From Macrostomum lignano (lineage: Eukaryota): a stretch of 50,431 bases of DNA. Both the position numbers and the translations under genes were made by a program. Below the pieces are notes generated by a model. It was not told the origin of the DNA. It saw nothing but the letters and a program-made list of their open reading frames with translations, and did no database searches. Of this stretch, positions 22,666 through 36,341 are shown piece by piece; within the stretch, counting starts at the first letter, position 1; each line of letters opens with the position of its first letter. Location: positions 1 through 50,431 of the forward strand of contig NIVC01004327.1 of NCBI GenBank assembly GCA_002269645.1, read 5' to 3'.

Positions 22666-23229
22666 GATCGTAGCCCTGATGACTGGGATGACCCCCTGAG
22701 AGATCCATGCTGAAGGACTAACTCAGTTCTCTTTCTGGGTTCTGTATTTTTGGGTTCAGGAATTCAGCGTACTGTATTTTAACTAAAAACCGAATATGCT
22801 TTTGCCAAGAAGCAATTAATTCATTGATATTATCCGTTAAGCATGTGTGAATGCAATATTGATTGCAATTCAGCAAACTCCTAATTCAACCCCATCCAAA
22901 ACAGCTCCTCAATTTTTAGGCAAACAAGCACGATGGCTTTGCGTTTGAGTAGCAAATAAAGCTCTCTTGCTGTCAATGAAGAAGCTGATTCAAACAAATG
23001 CAAGTGGCCCAAATGTCTGAAGTGAATATAGGCGGCAAATAAAGTGTTCAACAAGTAGATTCGCAATGTGACAAATACATTCATAATCTACATGTCAATA
23101 TTCAGCTGATGCTGCAACGGAATTTGATTGATGTCCCTGGTGTCATATTTATGTGCTGCAAAGACATGGTAAACACTTAAGAGAATCTCTTTGACTGAAG
23201 ACGTTGGGAAAACAGGTGGATTATAGGCA

Positions 23230-23810
23230 TTTTACCCGTTATATGCAGATAGTTTACCCGTTATATGCAGATAGTTTACCTGTTATATGCAGATAGTTTA
23301 CCTGTTATATGCAGATAGTTTACCTGTTATATGCAGATAGTTTCCCTGTTATATGCAGATAGTTTACCTGTTATATGCAGATAGTTTACCTGTTATATGC
23401 AGATAGTTTACCTGTTATATGCAGATAGTTTACCTGTTATATGCAGATAGTTTCCCTGTTATATGCAGATAGCTTCCCTGTTATATGCAGATAGTTTACC
23501 TGTTATATGCAGATAGTTTACCTGTTATATGCAGATAGTTTACCTGTTATATGCAGATAGTTTACCTGTTATATGCAGTTGTTTCCCTGCTATAGGCAGA
23601 TAGTTCACCTGTCACACAGCAGTTCACAGCAGTTCACCTGTCACACAGCCAGTTCACCTGTCACACGGCAGTTCACCTGTCACACGGCAGTTCACCTGTC
23701 ACACACCCAGTTCACCTGTCACTCAGCCAGTTCACCTGTCACACAGCCAGTTCACAGCAGTTCACCTGTCACACAGCCAGTTCACCTGTCACACAGCCAG
23801 TTCACATGGA
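23230..23810. repeat. Adjacent 22-bp (GTTATATGCAGATAGTTTACCT) and 20-bp (CACAGCCAGTTCACCTGTCA) minisatellites
   Basis: Direct reading; one array grades into the other at ~23580-23600. Confidence 0.9.
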
Positions 23811-24584
23811 CACTCCAAGGTAAATCACAAAGAAATATTTTAAAAATCTATATGCTCAGTCTGCGCAGATTTTTAAAACAGTTAAACCGCGCGCTGGCAA
23901 CAGAGTAAGGATATTTTGCATTGTATTTATATCCGATAAAATTGGGTACTAACAAATTAAAGCAATTTCCGCATGAATTGCACAATTTTATTGCTATTAT
24001 AAAACACGTGCATACTATATGCTTTACGGTACAATTACATATCTGCATTCCGTTACAAATCGGTAACCACGTAGGCAAAAAGGTGGCAAAACGTTTTTTC
24101 ATTAACTAATGCACAGAGTCTGTATAACTATATACGAGCATTAAGAACGCCAACAGTACACTACTTACAAGTAGACAAGCAGCGCGTTTTATCATCGGAA
24201 ATAATTTTTTTTTAAATTCAGCTTAAATTTTTGTGAAAAAACGATAAAAAAGAAACTTGATTAACATGCTTTCTAAATGATTGATAGCAGTCAATAAAAA
24301 TTGAATGAAAAAATGATATCGGCAATAATATTTGGCCCCCAAATTAAAACAATGCGCGTTAGAAATATTGGTCACTTCAAAGCTGTTGATAGATTTTATT
24401 AATTGAAAAAATCCAGCAATATCCAGCAGTCACTACTGGGTTGCAAGTGAAAATATTTGCACAAAGTGACTTGAAATATTTCAATCAATGGAATTTGCAT
24501 AATGAAAGTTAAATTAAAGCAAGATTTTGTGGCAAGTAATATCATCTAACGTAGGACTGCAATGGTGTTATTCATTGTGTTAGA

Positions 24585-25030
24585 CTCAGCTACCCACCTG
24601 TTAGACACAAATACCCAACTGTTAGACACAACTACTCACCTGTTAGACACAACTACTCACCTGTTAGACACAACTATCCACCTGTTAGACACAGCTACCC
24701 ACCTGTTAGACACAACTATCCACCTGTTAGACACAGCTACCCACCTGTTAGACACAGCTACCCACCTGTTAGACACAGCTACCCACCTGTTAAACACAGC
24801 TACCCACCTGTTAGACACAGCTACCCACCTGTTAAACACAGCTACCCACCTGTTAGACACAGCTACCCACCTGTTAGACACAGCTACCCACCTGTTAGAC
24901 ACAGCTACCCACCTGTTAAACACAGCTACCCACCTGTTAGACACAGCTACCCACCTGTTAAACACAGCTACCCACCTGTTAGACACAGCTACCCACCTGT
25001 TAGACACAGCTACCCACCTGTTAGACACAA
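24585..25030. repeat. 21-bp minisatellite ACACAGCTACCCACCTGTTAG
   Basis: Direct reading. Confidence 0.95.
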
Positions 25031-26023
25031 AAGCAGAAAGCAAAAAGCAATGCACCGAGTAACTGGTACAACAAAGCACACTTAAAGCGGCTTAACGAAT
25101 ATCCTAATTGGGGGATAATTCTCCCCATAATTCCGCAACAAGCAATTACTCCACTAATAAAAGATATAATAAAAATAATCTTAGAATTTCACGGGAAAGG
25201 AGCAAAAAGGAACATTATAAACCTCCGTACATACCAAAATTGCTCAATATCAATATTTACTCAGTGTTCAACAGAAGAATCATAAATGATTGGAAGAGCA
25301 GCTTGCGTAAAAGAGAACAAAAAAACAATGATTTGATTTTAGACAAAATTGTAACAAAAAATATTTTTATAGCAGGCAAACTTTAACATGCGGATAGAAT
25401 ATTATTATAAGTAGTATAGTAGGACCAGAAAAGCAATTTATATATGATCAGCAGTAGTAGACTATAGAGTTCATGCTCCTGTATACAGAATTCGCTGGAT
25501 ATCAAAAAGAAAAAGAGAAAAAGTGAATTCCTTAGAATCATTGATAGATGTTGAATTGTGAGTCGGTTTCACTGACTAGTTTGACCTTAAAATCCTTGAA
25601 ACTCAAAGAATTCAAGATCAGCTGATAAATTTGATAATAAAATGCACAAAATTACAGGATGACACGCTTGACCTTGAATGACCCGAAATCAGCTGTCGAG
25701 GGTTGACCCTAAATAAACCTGAGCCAGTGTCAAGAACTTTAACAGTGGATAGTTTATTTTTAATTAATTCTAATCTAATCCAGTTGATAGGTTTGACCTC
25801 GATTGACCCTAACCCAGCTGACTGGTTTGACCTTGATTGACCCAATATTTGATCCTAATTGACCCTAGGTTTAACCTTAGTTAACTCTAAGCCAGTTGAT
25901 AGGCTTGACCTTGATTGACCCTAAGCCAGCTGATTGGTTTGACCTTGATCAAATCTAGGTTTGACCTTATTGACCCATGGTTTGAAAAATGTTAACGATA
26001 ATAGCATACACAAAATAACCGAA

Positions 26024-26029
26024 CTTTAT
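26024..26029 (-). terminator. Candidate AATAAA polyadenylation signal of the septin
   Basis: Plus strand tttatt, ~120 nt downstream of the stop. Confidence 0.45.
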
Positions 26030-26146
26030 TTAGTTTCAAATTGCCTGGACGCTATTAAATGATATCGAATAATTAAAGTACATAAAGTACTAGTAAACTA
26101 ATCATTGAGGAGAGAGATAACAAAATTCAACGCTAAACTATAAAAA

Positions 26147-29100
26147 TCACTTGAAAAACGGCAACCGCTTAGTCTTGCTCTTCTCCTTGCTGGCCGCATC
26201 GTTCAGCTGAGGCGACGGCTGCCGCTGCGGTTCCAGGCTCTGCCGGCGAGGATCTGACGCGCCGCCGTCAGCCTGATGATTGCCGAACGAGGCCTCCCAG
26301 GCCTGCTTCTCGGCTTCGAATTGGCGCCTGCGCTCGGCTAGTTCGGCCTCCTGCTGCTCCAGCTGGCGCCGCATCTGGTCCGCCCGGCGCTGCAGGTCCT
26401 GCTCGGAGTCTTTGAGCTTCTGGTTCTTCTCCTTCACCTGCGGCCCGGGCAGGGTGAGGGTGACTGTGTGAGAGTGACTATAGGGTGAGGGTGACTGCGT
26501 TTGAGTGACTATAGGGTGAGAGTGACTGCGTTTGAGTGACTATAGGGTGAGGGTGACTGTGTGAGAGTGACTATAGGGTGAGGGTGACTGCGTTTGAGTG
26601 ACTATAGGGTGAGGGTGACTGCGTTTGAGTGACTATAGGGTGAGAGTGACTGCGTTTGAGTGACTATAGGGTGAGGGTGACTGTGTGAGAGTGACTATAG
26701 GGTGAGGGTGACTGCGTTTGAGTGACTATAGGGTGAGGGTGACTGCGTTTGAGTGACTATAGGGTGAGGGTGACTGCGTTTGAGTGACTATAGGGTGAGG
26801 GTGACTGCGTTTGAGTGACTATAGGGTGAGGGTGACTGCGTTTGAGTGACTATAGGGTGAGGGTGACTGCGTTTGAGTGACTATAGGGTGAGGGTGACTA
26901 TAGGGTGAGGGTGACTATAGGGTGAGAGTGACTATAGGGTGAGAGTGACAATAGGATGAGAGTGACTATAGGGTGAGAGTGACTATAGGGTGAGAGTGAC
27001 AATAGGATGAGAGTGACTATAGGGTGAGTGACTATAGGGTGAGAGTGACTATAGGGTGAGAGTGACTATAGGATGAGAGTGACATAGGGTGAGAGTGACT
27101 ATAGGGTGAGAGTGACTATAGGGTGAGAGTGACTATAGGGTGAGAGTGACTATAGGATGAGAGTGACATAGGGTGAGAGTGACTATAGGGTGAGAGTGAC
27201 TATAGGGTGAGAGTGACTATAGGGTGAGAGTGACTATAGGGTGAGAGTGACTATAGTGTGAGAGTAACTATAGGGTGAGAGTGACTATAGGGTGAGAGTG
27301 AATATAGGGTGGGAGTGACTATAGGGTGGGAGTGACTACAGGGTGGGAGTGACTATAGGGTGAGAGTGACTATAGGATGAGTGACTATAGCGTGAGAGTG
27401 ACTATAGGGTGAGAGTGACTATAGGGTGAGAGTGACTATAGGGTGAGAGTGACTATAGGATAAGAGTGACTATAGGGTGAGAGTGACTATAGGGTGAGAG
27501 TGACAATAGGATGAGAGTGACTATAGGGTGAGTGACTATAGGGTGAGAGTGACTATAGGGTGAGAGTGACTATAGGATGAGAGTGACATAGGGTGAGAGT
27601 GACTATAGGGTGAGAGTGACTATAGGGTGAGAGTGACTATAGGGTGAGAGTGACTATAGGATGAGAGTGACATAGGGTGAGAGTGACTATAGGGTGAGAG
27701 TGACTATAGGGTGAGAGTGACTATAGGGTGAGAGTGACTATAGGATGAGAGTGACATAGGGTGAGAGTGACTATAGGGTGAGAGTGACTATAGGATGAGA
27801 GTGACTATAGGGTGAGAGTGACTATAGTGTGAGAGTAACTATAGGGTGAGAGTGACTATAGGGTGAGAGTGAATATAGGGTGGGAGTGACTATAGGGTGG
27901 GAGTGACTACAGGGTGGGAGTGACTATAGGGTGAGAGTGACTATAGGATGAGTGACTATAGCGTGAGAGTGACTATAGGGTGAGAGTGACTATAGGGTGA
28001 GAGTGACTATAGGGTGAGAGTGACTATAGGATGAGAGTGACTATAGGGTGAGAGTGACTATAGCGTGAGAGTGACTATAGGGTGAGAGTGACTATAGGGT
28101 GAGAGTGACTATAGGGTGAGAGTGACTATAGGGTGAGAGTGACTATAGGATGAGAGTGACTATAGGGTGAGAGTGACTATAGGATGAGAGTGACTATAAC
28201 GTGAGAGTGACTATAGGGCGAGAGTGACTATAGGGTGAGAGTGACTATAGGGTGAGAGTGACTATAGGATGAGAGTGACTATAGGGTGAGAGTGACTATA
28301 GGGTGAGAGTGACTATAGGGTGAGAGTGACTATAGGGTGAGAGTGACTATAGGGTGAGAGTGACTATAGGATAAGAGTGACTATAGGGTGAGAGTGACTA
28401 TAGGGTGGGAGTGACTACAGGGTGGGAGTGACTATAGGGTGAGAGTGACTATAGGATGAGTGACTATAGCGTGAGAGTGACTATAGGATGAGAGTGACTG
28501 TAGGATGAAAGTGACTATAGGGTGGGAGTGACTATAGGGTGAGTGTGACTTTAGGTGAGTGACAATGAAATTATGACAAAGCCAAAGTACACAAACGAGA
28601 AGCCAACCTTCATTTCGAACACTGCCTCCATCTCAGATTTCATACTCTTCAGCTTAAGATCGTGATCGCGCTTCTCCGCCTCCATCTGTGTCATCGGATC
28701 TTTGCCGTCCGTGGTGCGAAACTTCGACTCCTGGGCGATGCCTGCCAGCTTGCCAAATCTGAAGGTTGCAGGGATGCAGGGATGCTGTGCAGGGTTGGGT
28801 AGAGCTGCTGCTTTTACTCGTAGTAATTTTAATGGCGCACTGGAGTGCAGGGGCGGAGAGGGGCGGAGAGGGAGGGAGAGGAAAGGCGGAAGAAGGGCAG
28901 TGAGGGAGAAGAGATGGGCAAAGAGAAGACGGAGAAAGTGGGATTGTGTGAAGGGGAGCGGAGAGGAGTGGGAATTTTGGGGTAGAAAAAGCGGCGGTGG
29001 AAAAGGGGCGGAAAGGATGGGCGGAGAGGAGGGGGGAAGGAGGCGGAAAGTGGGGCGGGAGGAGGGCAAAGAGGGGCGGAGAAGAATAGCGAAGGGAACG

Positions 29101-31487
29101 GAGGGGTGGAAAGGGGGTGTAGGGGAGGGGTGGAAAGGGGGTGTAGTGGAGGGGTGGAAAGGGGGTGTAGGGGAGGGGTGGAAAGGGGGTGTAGTGGAGG
29201 GGTGGAAAGGGGGTGTAGGGGAGGGGTGGAAAGGGGGTGTAGGGGAGGGGTGGAAAGGGGGTGTAGGGGAGGGGTGGAAAGGGGTGTAGTGGAGGGGTGG
29301 AAAGGGGTGTAGGGGGGGGAAAGGGGAGTCAGAAGAGGACAGAAAAGTGGCACAATTTGTCCCCTCGCCGCTCACCTGTAGTTCTCATAGTGCAGGTTGC
29401 TGGTGACCTCCCGCAGGTCCTGCATATGAGTCCGCAGCAGCAGGTTTCTCAATGCTCGAAAATCGTTGTGCTCCAAATTTTCCACTTCAACTGTGCCCCA
29501 CGGATAGACTCTGGCCCGGGCTCGCTGGCTAGAGCTGCCGCCGCGACCTTCAACTGTACAGTTGGCGCCAATCACGGCGAACGGCATTCGCTCTCTGTAG
29601 CCCTTTATCTGGCCATTGAAATCGTCGTCTTTAGTTGAACTAAAGACGGACGAGGCGGCGGAAACAGAGGCGGACGAGGCAGCGGCGGATGCGGTGGCAG
29701 CTGGCGCATCGCTGCCCGGACAGTCGGGGAAATCGTAAACCCGGATTTTATGCTGAGCAAGCTCGTTCAGTATTGTCTTTTTAAAGTCGCGCAACTCGTC
29801 CGGGGTCATGCAGTCGGCCTTGGCCAGAATTGGCACCACATTGGCCCGGTCCGATAGGCGCTTCATGAATTCGATGTCCAACGGCTTCAGGCCGTGACCA
29901 GTTGGCGCTATGAAGTAGAGTACGCAGTGTACTCTGCTGTCCAGAATCTGACCTCGGTTGACCTGGAGATAGTGAGTGACGGGGGTCGAATTGCGATTCT
30001 CAAACTTAATTAGAGGCGATTCTCACACCTAATTAGAGGCGATTCTCACACCTAATTAGAGGCGATTCTCGCACCTAATTAGAGACGATTCTCACACCTA
30101 ATTAGAGACGACTCTCACACCTAATTAGAGGCGATTCTCACATCTAATTAGAGGCGATTCTCACACCTAATTAGAGGCGATTCGCACCCCAATTAGAGGC
30201 GATTCTCACACCTAATTAGAGGCGATTCTCACACCTAATTAGAGGCGATTCTCACACCTGATTAGAGGCGATTCTCGCACCTAAATAGAGGCGATTCTCA
30301 CACCTAATTAGAGGCGATTCTCACACCTAATTAGAGGCGATTCTCACACCTAATTAGAGGCGATTCTCGCACCTAAATAGAGGCGATTCTCACACCTGAT
30401 TAAAGGCGATTGTCACACCTAAATAGAGGCGATTCTCACACCTTATTAAAGGCGATTGTCACACCTAATTAGAGGCGATTCTCACCCCCAATTAGAAACG
30501 ACTCCCACCCCCAATTAGAGGCGATTCTTACACCTAATTAGAGGCGATTTTCACCCCCGATTAGAGGCGATTCTCACCCCCAATTAGAGACGATCTTCAC
30601 ACCTAATTAGAGGGATTTTCAACATCCAATTAGAGACGATTCTCACACCTGATTAAAGGCGATTCTCAACCCCAATTAGAGGCGATTCTCACACCTAAAT
30701 AGAGGCGATTCTCGCACCTAATTAGAGGCGATTCTCGCACCTAATTAGAGGCGATTCTCACACCTAATTAGAGGCGATTCTCACCCCCAATAAGTCGATT
30801 CTCACCCCCAATTAGAGGCGATTCTCACACCTAATTAGAGGTGCAAAATCAAAAAGTTAAACGAACAGAAAGTGCACAATCTCAAGACAATTAAAAAAAG
30901 CTCACCTTCTGCTCGGCAGTAAGGTGCTCCTGGAACCTGGCCTCAATATAATCAATCACCGGACTCCAGCAGTTGGTATTATCAACAGCATCACCAAATC
31001 CTGGCGTGTCAATCAGGTTCAGCCGCAGGTGCACGCTGTTCTCCTTCAACAGTACAGTGTGGGATTCAACACAGACAGTCTTCTTAATCCGCTTGGACGG
31101 ACCAGGATGGTCAGAGTTGTACAGCTCAGACGAGAACAAACTATTCAACAAGGTGGACTTCCCCAATCCAGTCTCGCCAACCACCATCAAGTTGAATTCG
31201 AACCCGCGACGAACCGCTCGCCTGTAGATCTGATTGGGCAGGTTGGCGTAGCCCACCTGATGCTGGTGAGGAGCTGGCGTGTCGGAGCTCGGCTCTCTGT
31301 GATCGAGCCGATACGACTGCTTCGAAGAATTCAACGCTGAAGATGAAGTGTCTGAGGTTCGATATTTGGCCAACACGTCATCGCCTGCGGTGCTGCGCAT
31401 CGATCGGTAACTGCTGGCCGTGTACGGCTCGTCTACAGATCGCTTTGAAGTGGACATTGCTGCTGCTAAACCGTTTGTTAAAGACAT
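26147..31487 (-). CDS. SEPT7: Septin, SEPT7/peanut group (~536 aa)
   Basis: Exons 30906-31487, 29376-29962, 28608-28758, 26147-26437. Motifs: [56 protein letters not shown]. The long coiled coil VFEMK|[12 protein letters not shown] is typical of SEPT7. Start could be ATG 31487 or the next in-frame ATG (MSTSK). Confidence 0.93.
26450..28550. repeat. 17-bp GACTATAGGGTGAGAGT minisatellite (31-bp variant at the left end) filling septin intron 3
   Basis: Direct reading. Confidence 0.95.
28850..29335. repeat. Purine-rich tract plus 24-bp G-rich minisatellite, septin intron 2
   Basis: Direct reading. Confidence 0.85.
29995..30840. repeat. 23-bp minisatellite CACCTAATTAGAGGCGATTCTCA, septin intron 1
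   Basis: Direct reading. Confidence 0.95.
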
Positions 31488-31869
31488 TCACAAAGGTATG
31501 CGCAGATATGTCTCTACTAGCTTTTAGAATTTTCTAAGAGCATGCAGAAAAGCAGGGAGCGTGCGAATCAAAAAATTCTATTAAAATAAATATGCGCATA
31601 TTTTATTAGCTAGCCAAATATATCACGTTACAGCTGTGCAAATTAGGGCCATTGGAAACACACCTGCACGTTGCAATGCGCAATATTGTTGGTTGTCTTG
31701 AAAACAAGGGGGGGGAATACAATAAACATTAAGCAAAATTGGTTTGTCACGAGGTCGAGGACTTATGGTAGCCTACATTTAGAGCATGGAATATATATTG
31801 CATAATATTATAATAAAACCAGCTACTTAACTTTATTCATAAATAACGGCAACTTCTCAAGTACAGCGA

Positions 31870-33240
31870 TTTCAGGGGTGGTTAAGTGGCGATTCTATTA
31901 ACTGATTGGGGGAGATTTCAGGGTCAGTTGATGATAGATTTTTCTAACTGATTAGGGGGGATTTCAGGAGCAGTTGAGGGCGATTCTTCTAACTGATTGG
32001 GGGGGGGGATTTCAGGAGCAGTTGAGGGCGATTCTTCTAACTGATTAGGGGAGATTTCAGGAGCAGATGAGGGGCGATTCTTCTAACTGATTGGGGGGGG
32101 GGATTTCAGGAGCAGTTGAGGGCGATTCTTCTAACTGATTAGGGGAGATTTCAGGAGCAGTTGAGGGCGATTCTTCTAACTGATTAGGGGAGATTTCAGG
32201 AGCAGTTGAGGGCGATTCTTCTAACTGATTGGGGGGGGGGGATTTCAGGAGCAGTTGAGGGCGATTCTTCTAACTGATTAGGGGAGATTTCAGGAGCAGA
32301 TGAGGGGCGATTCTTCTAACTGATTGGGGGGGGGGATTTCAGGAGCAGTTGAGGGGCGATTCTTCTAACTGATTGGGGGGGGATTTCAGGAGCAGTTGAG
32401 GGGCGATTCTTCTAACTTATTGGGGGGGGGGATTTCAGGAGCAGTTGAGGGGCGATTCTTCTAACTGATTAGGGGAGATTTCAGGAGCAGATGAGGGGCG
32501 ATTCTTTTAACTGATTGGGGGGGGATTTCAGGAGCAGTTGAGGGCGATTCTTCTAACTGATTGGGGGGGGGATTTCAGGAGCAGTTGAGGGGCGATTCTT
32601 CTAACTGATTGGGGGGGGGGATTTCAGGAGCAGTTGAGGGGCGATTCTTCTAACTTATTGGGGGGGGATTTCAGGAGCAGTTGAGGGGCGATTCTTCTAA
32701 CTTATTGGGGGGGGGATTTCAGGAGCAGTTGAGGGGCGATTCTTCTAACTGATTGGGGGGGGGGGATTTCAGGAGCAGTTGAGGGCGATTCTTCTAACTG
32801 ATTGGGGGGGGGATTTCAGGAGCAGTTGAGGGCGATTCTTCTAACTGATTAGGGGAGATTTCAGGAGCAGATGAGGGGCGATTCTTCTAACTGATTGGGG
32901 GGGGGATTTCAGGAGCAGATGAGGGGCGATTCTTCTAACTGATTGGGGGGGATTTCAGGAGCAGTTGAGGGGCGATTCTTCTAACTGATTGGGGGGGGGG
33001 ATTTCAGGAGCAGTTGAGGGCGATTCTTCTAACTGATTGGGGGGGGATTTCAGGAGCAGTTGAGGGCGATTCTTCTAACTGATTAGGGGAGATTTCAGGA
33101 GCAGTTGAGGGCGATTCTTCTAACTGATTGGGGGGGGGATTTCAGGAGCAGTTGAGGGCGATTCTTCTAACTGATTGGGGGAGATTTCAGGGTTAAGAGG
33201 CGATTTTTGTAACTGATTAGGGGAGGTTTCAGGAGCAGTG
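31870..33240. repeat. ~44-48-bp minisatellite GATTTCAGGAGCAGTTGAGGGCGATTCTTCTAACTGATT(G)n upstream of the septin
   Basis: Direct reading; the poly-G tract varies in length. Confidence 0.95.
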
Positions 33241-35509
33241 AGCAGGCAAAGACACTTTATATATTATTTTTTATTATAATATTTTTCATTAGATTAGAAT
33301 TTTCTGATTTTTTGTAAAAAAGTTTTAAACAAACATTTAGTTTTATTTATTTATTTAATAACAATTTCTTATATAAAAAGAATATTGATTTTAAATAACT
33401 AAAATATCTTTCTTTAAATATTAGATAAAAAACAGATGCTCTATTACAAACAAGTAATTATTTTATAAAGTAAAAATAAGGTTACAATTTTACCTTAATC
33501 GATAAATATAATATATAGCTACCAATAAACAAAAAGTACATTAAGCATTAAAAGTTTCTGAATAGCTAGGCCTAGGGCTACAGACAGCTAAGCTACTTAG
33601 ATATTTATAGCTAAAACAAAGCCAAAGGCAAAGGATAATGCACTAATAAGTCTAGACCTAGGATTACTAAAAAGAAACTGAAACTGATCAAGTGTATCCC
33701 TTTCTGCAAGGAAATTTTGGTATCATCATTAATAATAAATTATTACCAAGCAAATGTCTATTGCAAAACCCTAGTCAGTAGCTTTAGGCATTAGCTGTTG
33801 TTAATAAAATGCAAAACAAAATTGATAAATCAATAAAATTTAGAAGGCTAGCCAAAAGCCGCCAATAGGCCGCCAAAAGTTTTTATCGGGTTAGGAGGTT
33901 AAGGCCGCCTTGGCCGGCCTTATCATCCCCTATGGTCTATGGAGAACAAAAACGAAAAAGAAATAAGAAATTGCTAGAAAACAGACGAAACTTTTTTAGG
34001 CTATTCGGGGGAATACATCCCAACATCCCCCCTCCCAACGCCGCTGTGACTGTCAAAGCTGTCAACACAACACATGTACAGTGAATCAGTGATGTACTAC
34101 AGGCTACAGCACTAAAGCACGAGTCACGACGAAGAACATGCACATATGAAAATTCCATTCGAAAAAAAATTAGTCACAATTTCAAATTTTAATACCAAGC
34201 TTTGATTACTCATGAATTTAACAAATAAAATACTTAAGAAAGATTTATACTTAATAATTTTATAAGATTATTTTTTATGCGTCTTGTTATATATAAAACA
34301 TTTACTACATTATTAACCTAAATCGTTTGTTTTACTATTTTTTTCGTTTAACTGTCGCTCATATAAGTGCAGGTGTGCCCTGCATAGAACGTTCGTGACT
34401 TCCTGTAACTATGTATTTTTTTGTTAAATTTGGTTAAATTTTTCCTTTACTGTTCTACTAATTGATGGGGTAATTGTTCATAACAGTCCTAGGACAATTA
34501 GGTGCGGTCCGCTACGCATGCAGTCGACAAAACGCCGATTGTGCGCCTGTCCTCGCCGGTATGGCCTGCAGCGTTTTGTGCAGGTACAGGTACACAGTAA
34601 GGCCGGGTTACACAGTAAAGCTGTGCTGGCTATAAAGTTACATGTACAATAAGAGTACAATTGAGACAATAGAAAAAGATTTAGGGGAGGACATTCTGAG
34701 GCGTTCTGTGCAGAGATATATACGTACGGCTCAATTTTTTTAAAAGGCTGTTTCCCATAGCAAAAGGGATTTTTTCGTTATAATTTTTCGTTTTCGATTA
34801 GAATCCAGTGTGAATCCAGCTAGTTTGGTCTCTAGCTGTTAGTCAAACTTTAACCTTAATTGAGGTCATCAAATTTCGAATTCAAAGTCAAAGCAATTCA
34901 TATAGTGTACAGTGTATTAATACTGCTGCATATGCAATGCATGGTATTACATGTATTTATTGCTACTTGTATAAGTAGTATATTATATTTACAGCACATG
35001 CAAACCAATGCATTTATCAAACAACACTGACATCTTTACACGATTTGAGAAATACATGTAACGGGATCATGTCAATTAATTAAGACATGTATAAACCATT
35101 TTTATATACATACATTTATATGATATTTTTATAACTGCAAACATTCACTGCATAGTAGGAGATAGTTTTGAGATAAACGTACAGTGCTTTTAGCATACTG
35201 TACATGCACATGAACACGTAATTGAGAACAGCTAGGTCTGTATAGAAATTACTACATTATAACAAAAGTTCAAGCAAGAGGGTGCAGTTTACAATCAAGT
35301 CATCATGCAGATACATGTACATGTAACAGCAAAATTCGTTTTTTTATGGTCAGAAAAATTAATTTACACAAAGTATGTTAATTTAGCCTCATATAGCGCA
35401 ACTGCTTAGTTAAAATGTGCGTTGCAATTTGCAAAATAGATCAATAAATATTTTAAATCAATAATCCGACGAAAAGTTCTAAACATTTAAATGGCTAAAA
35501 AGTTCTTGC

Positions 35510-36215
35510 GATGATTGAGTCATTGATTGAGTTATATCTGGGTCATTCTCATTGATTGAGTCATATACTGGGTCATAATTCGACGTTGAGCTACGAGTAT
35601 GTCTGGGCCATTGGGTCATTGATTGAGCCGTATCTGGGTCTTTGATTGAGCTGAATTGGTCATTGGGTCATTGATTGAGCCGTATCTGGGTCATTGATTG
35701 AGCTATATCTGGGTCATTGGGTCATTGATTGAGCTGCATCTAGGTCATTGGGTCATTAATTGAGCCGTATCTGGGTCATTAATTGAGCCATATCTGGGTC
35801 ATTGATTGAGCTATATCTGGGTCATTGAGTCATTGATTGAGCTGCATCTAGGTCATTGGGTCATTAATTGAACTGTATCTGGGTCATTGATTGAGCAGTA
35901 TCTAGGTCATTGGGTCATTAATTGAGCCGTATCTGGGTCATTGATTGAGCTATATCTGGGTCAGTGGGTCATTGATTGAGATATATCTGGGTCAGTAGGT
36001 CATCGGTTCATTGGGTCATTGGGTCATGATTGGGCTTTAGCTGCGTCATTGGGTCATTGGGTCATTGGGTCATTGATTGAGCTATATCTGGGTCATTGGG
36101 TCATTGGGTCATTAGGTCATTGGGTCATTAGGTCATTGGGTCATTAGGTCATTGGGTCATTGATTGGGCTTTATCTGGATCATTGGGTCATTGATTGAGC
36201 TATATCTGGGTCAAT
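35510..36215. repeat. TCATTGGG / TCATTGATTGAGCTATATCTGGG composite minisatellite
   Basis: Direct reading; downstream of the NK4 stop. Confidence 0.9.
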
Positions 36216-36341
36216 GAGCCACCCAGCAGTCAATTTGCATGCAAATCATTAAGAAAAAATTCCAATGACCCTTCCAAACGACAATGAGCCGCCCAAGAAC
36301 CTCATTGAATCATCCAAGCGCCTTGGACAGTAGCAGCTGTC

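Noticed and set aside
22287-22725. C/D-box-like motifs (GTGATGA..CTGA) near 22287 and 22675
   Set aside because: Box spacing is too short, there is no terminal stem, and the site is not in a same-strand host intron.
25108-25386. ORF segment FNRRIINDWK resembling a LINE ORF2 C-terminus
   Set aside because: Too short and weak; no reverse-transcriptase motifs nearby.
26450-28550. GACTATAGGG resembling T7/SP6 promoter ends
   Set aside because: Only a partial match inside a native intronic minisatellite; not vector contamination.
33900-33922. Hairpin TAAGGCCG-N7-CGGCCTTA as a Helitron 3' end
   Set aside because: No properly placed CTRR followed by T on either strand, and no 5' TC partner identified.
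34000-34050. GGGGGAATACATCCC..CCCC..ACGCCGCTG resembling a MITE terminus
   Set aside because: No matching left terminal repeat (CAGCGGCGT) or target duplication found nearby.
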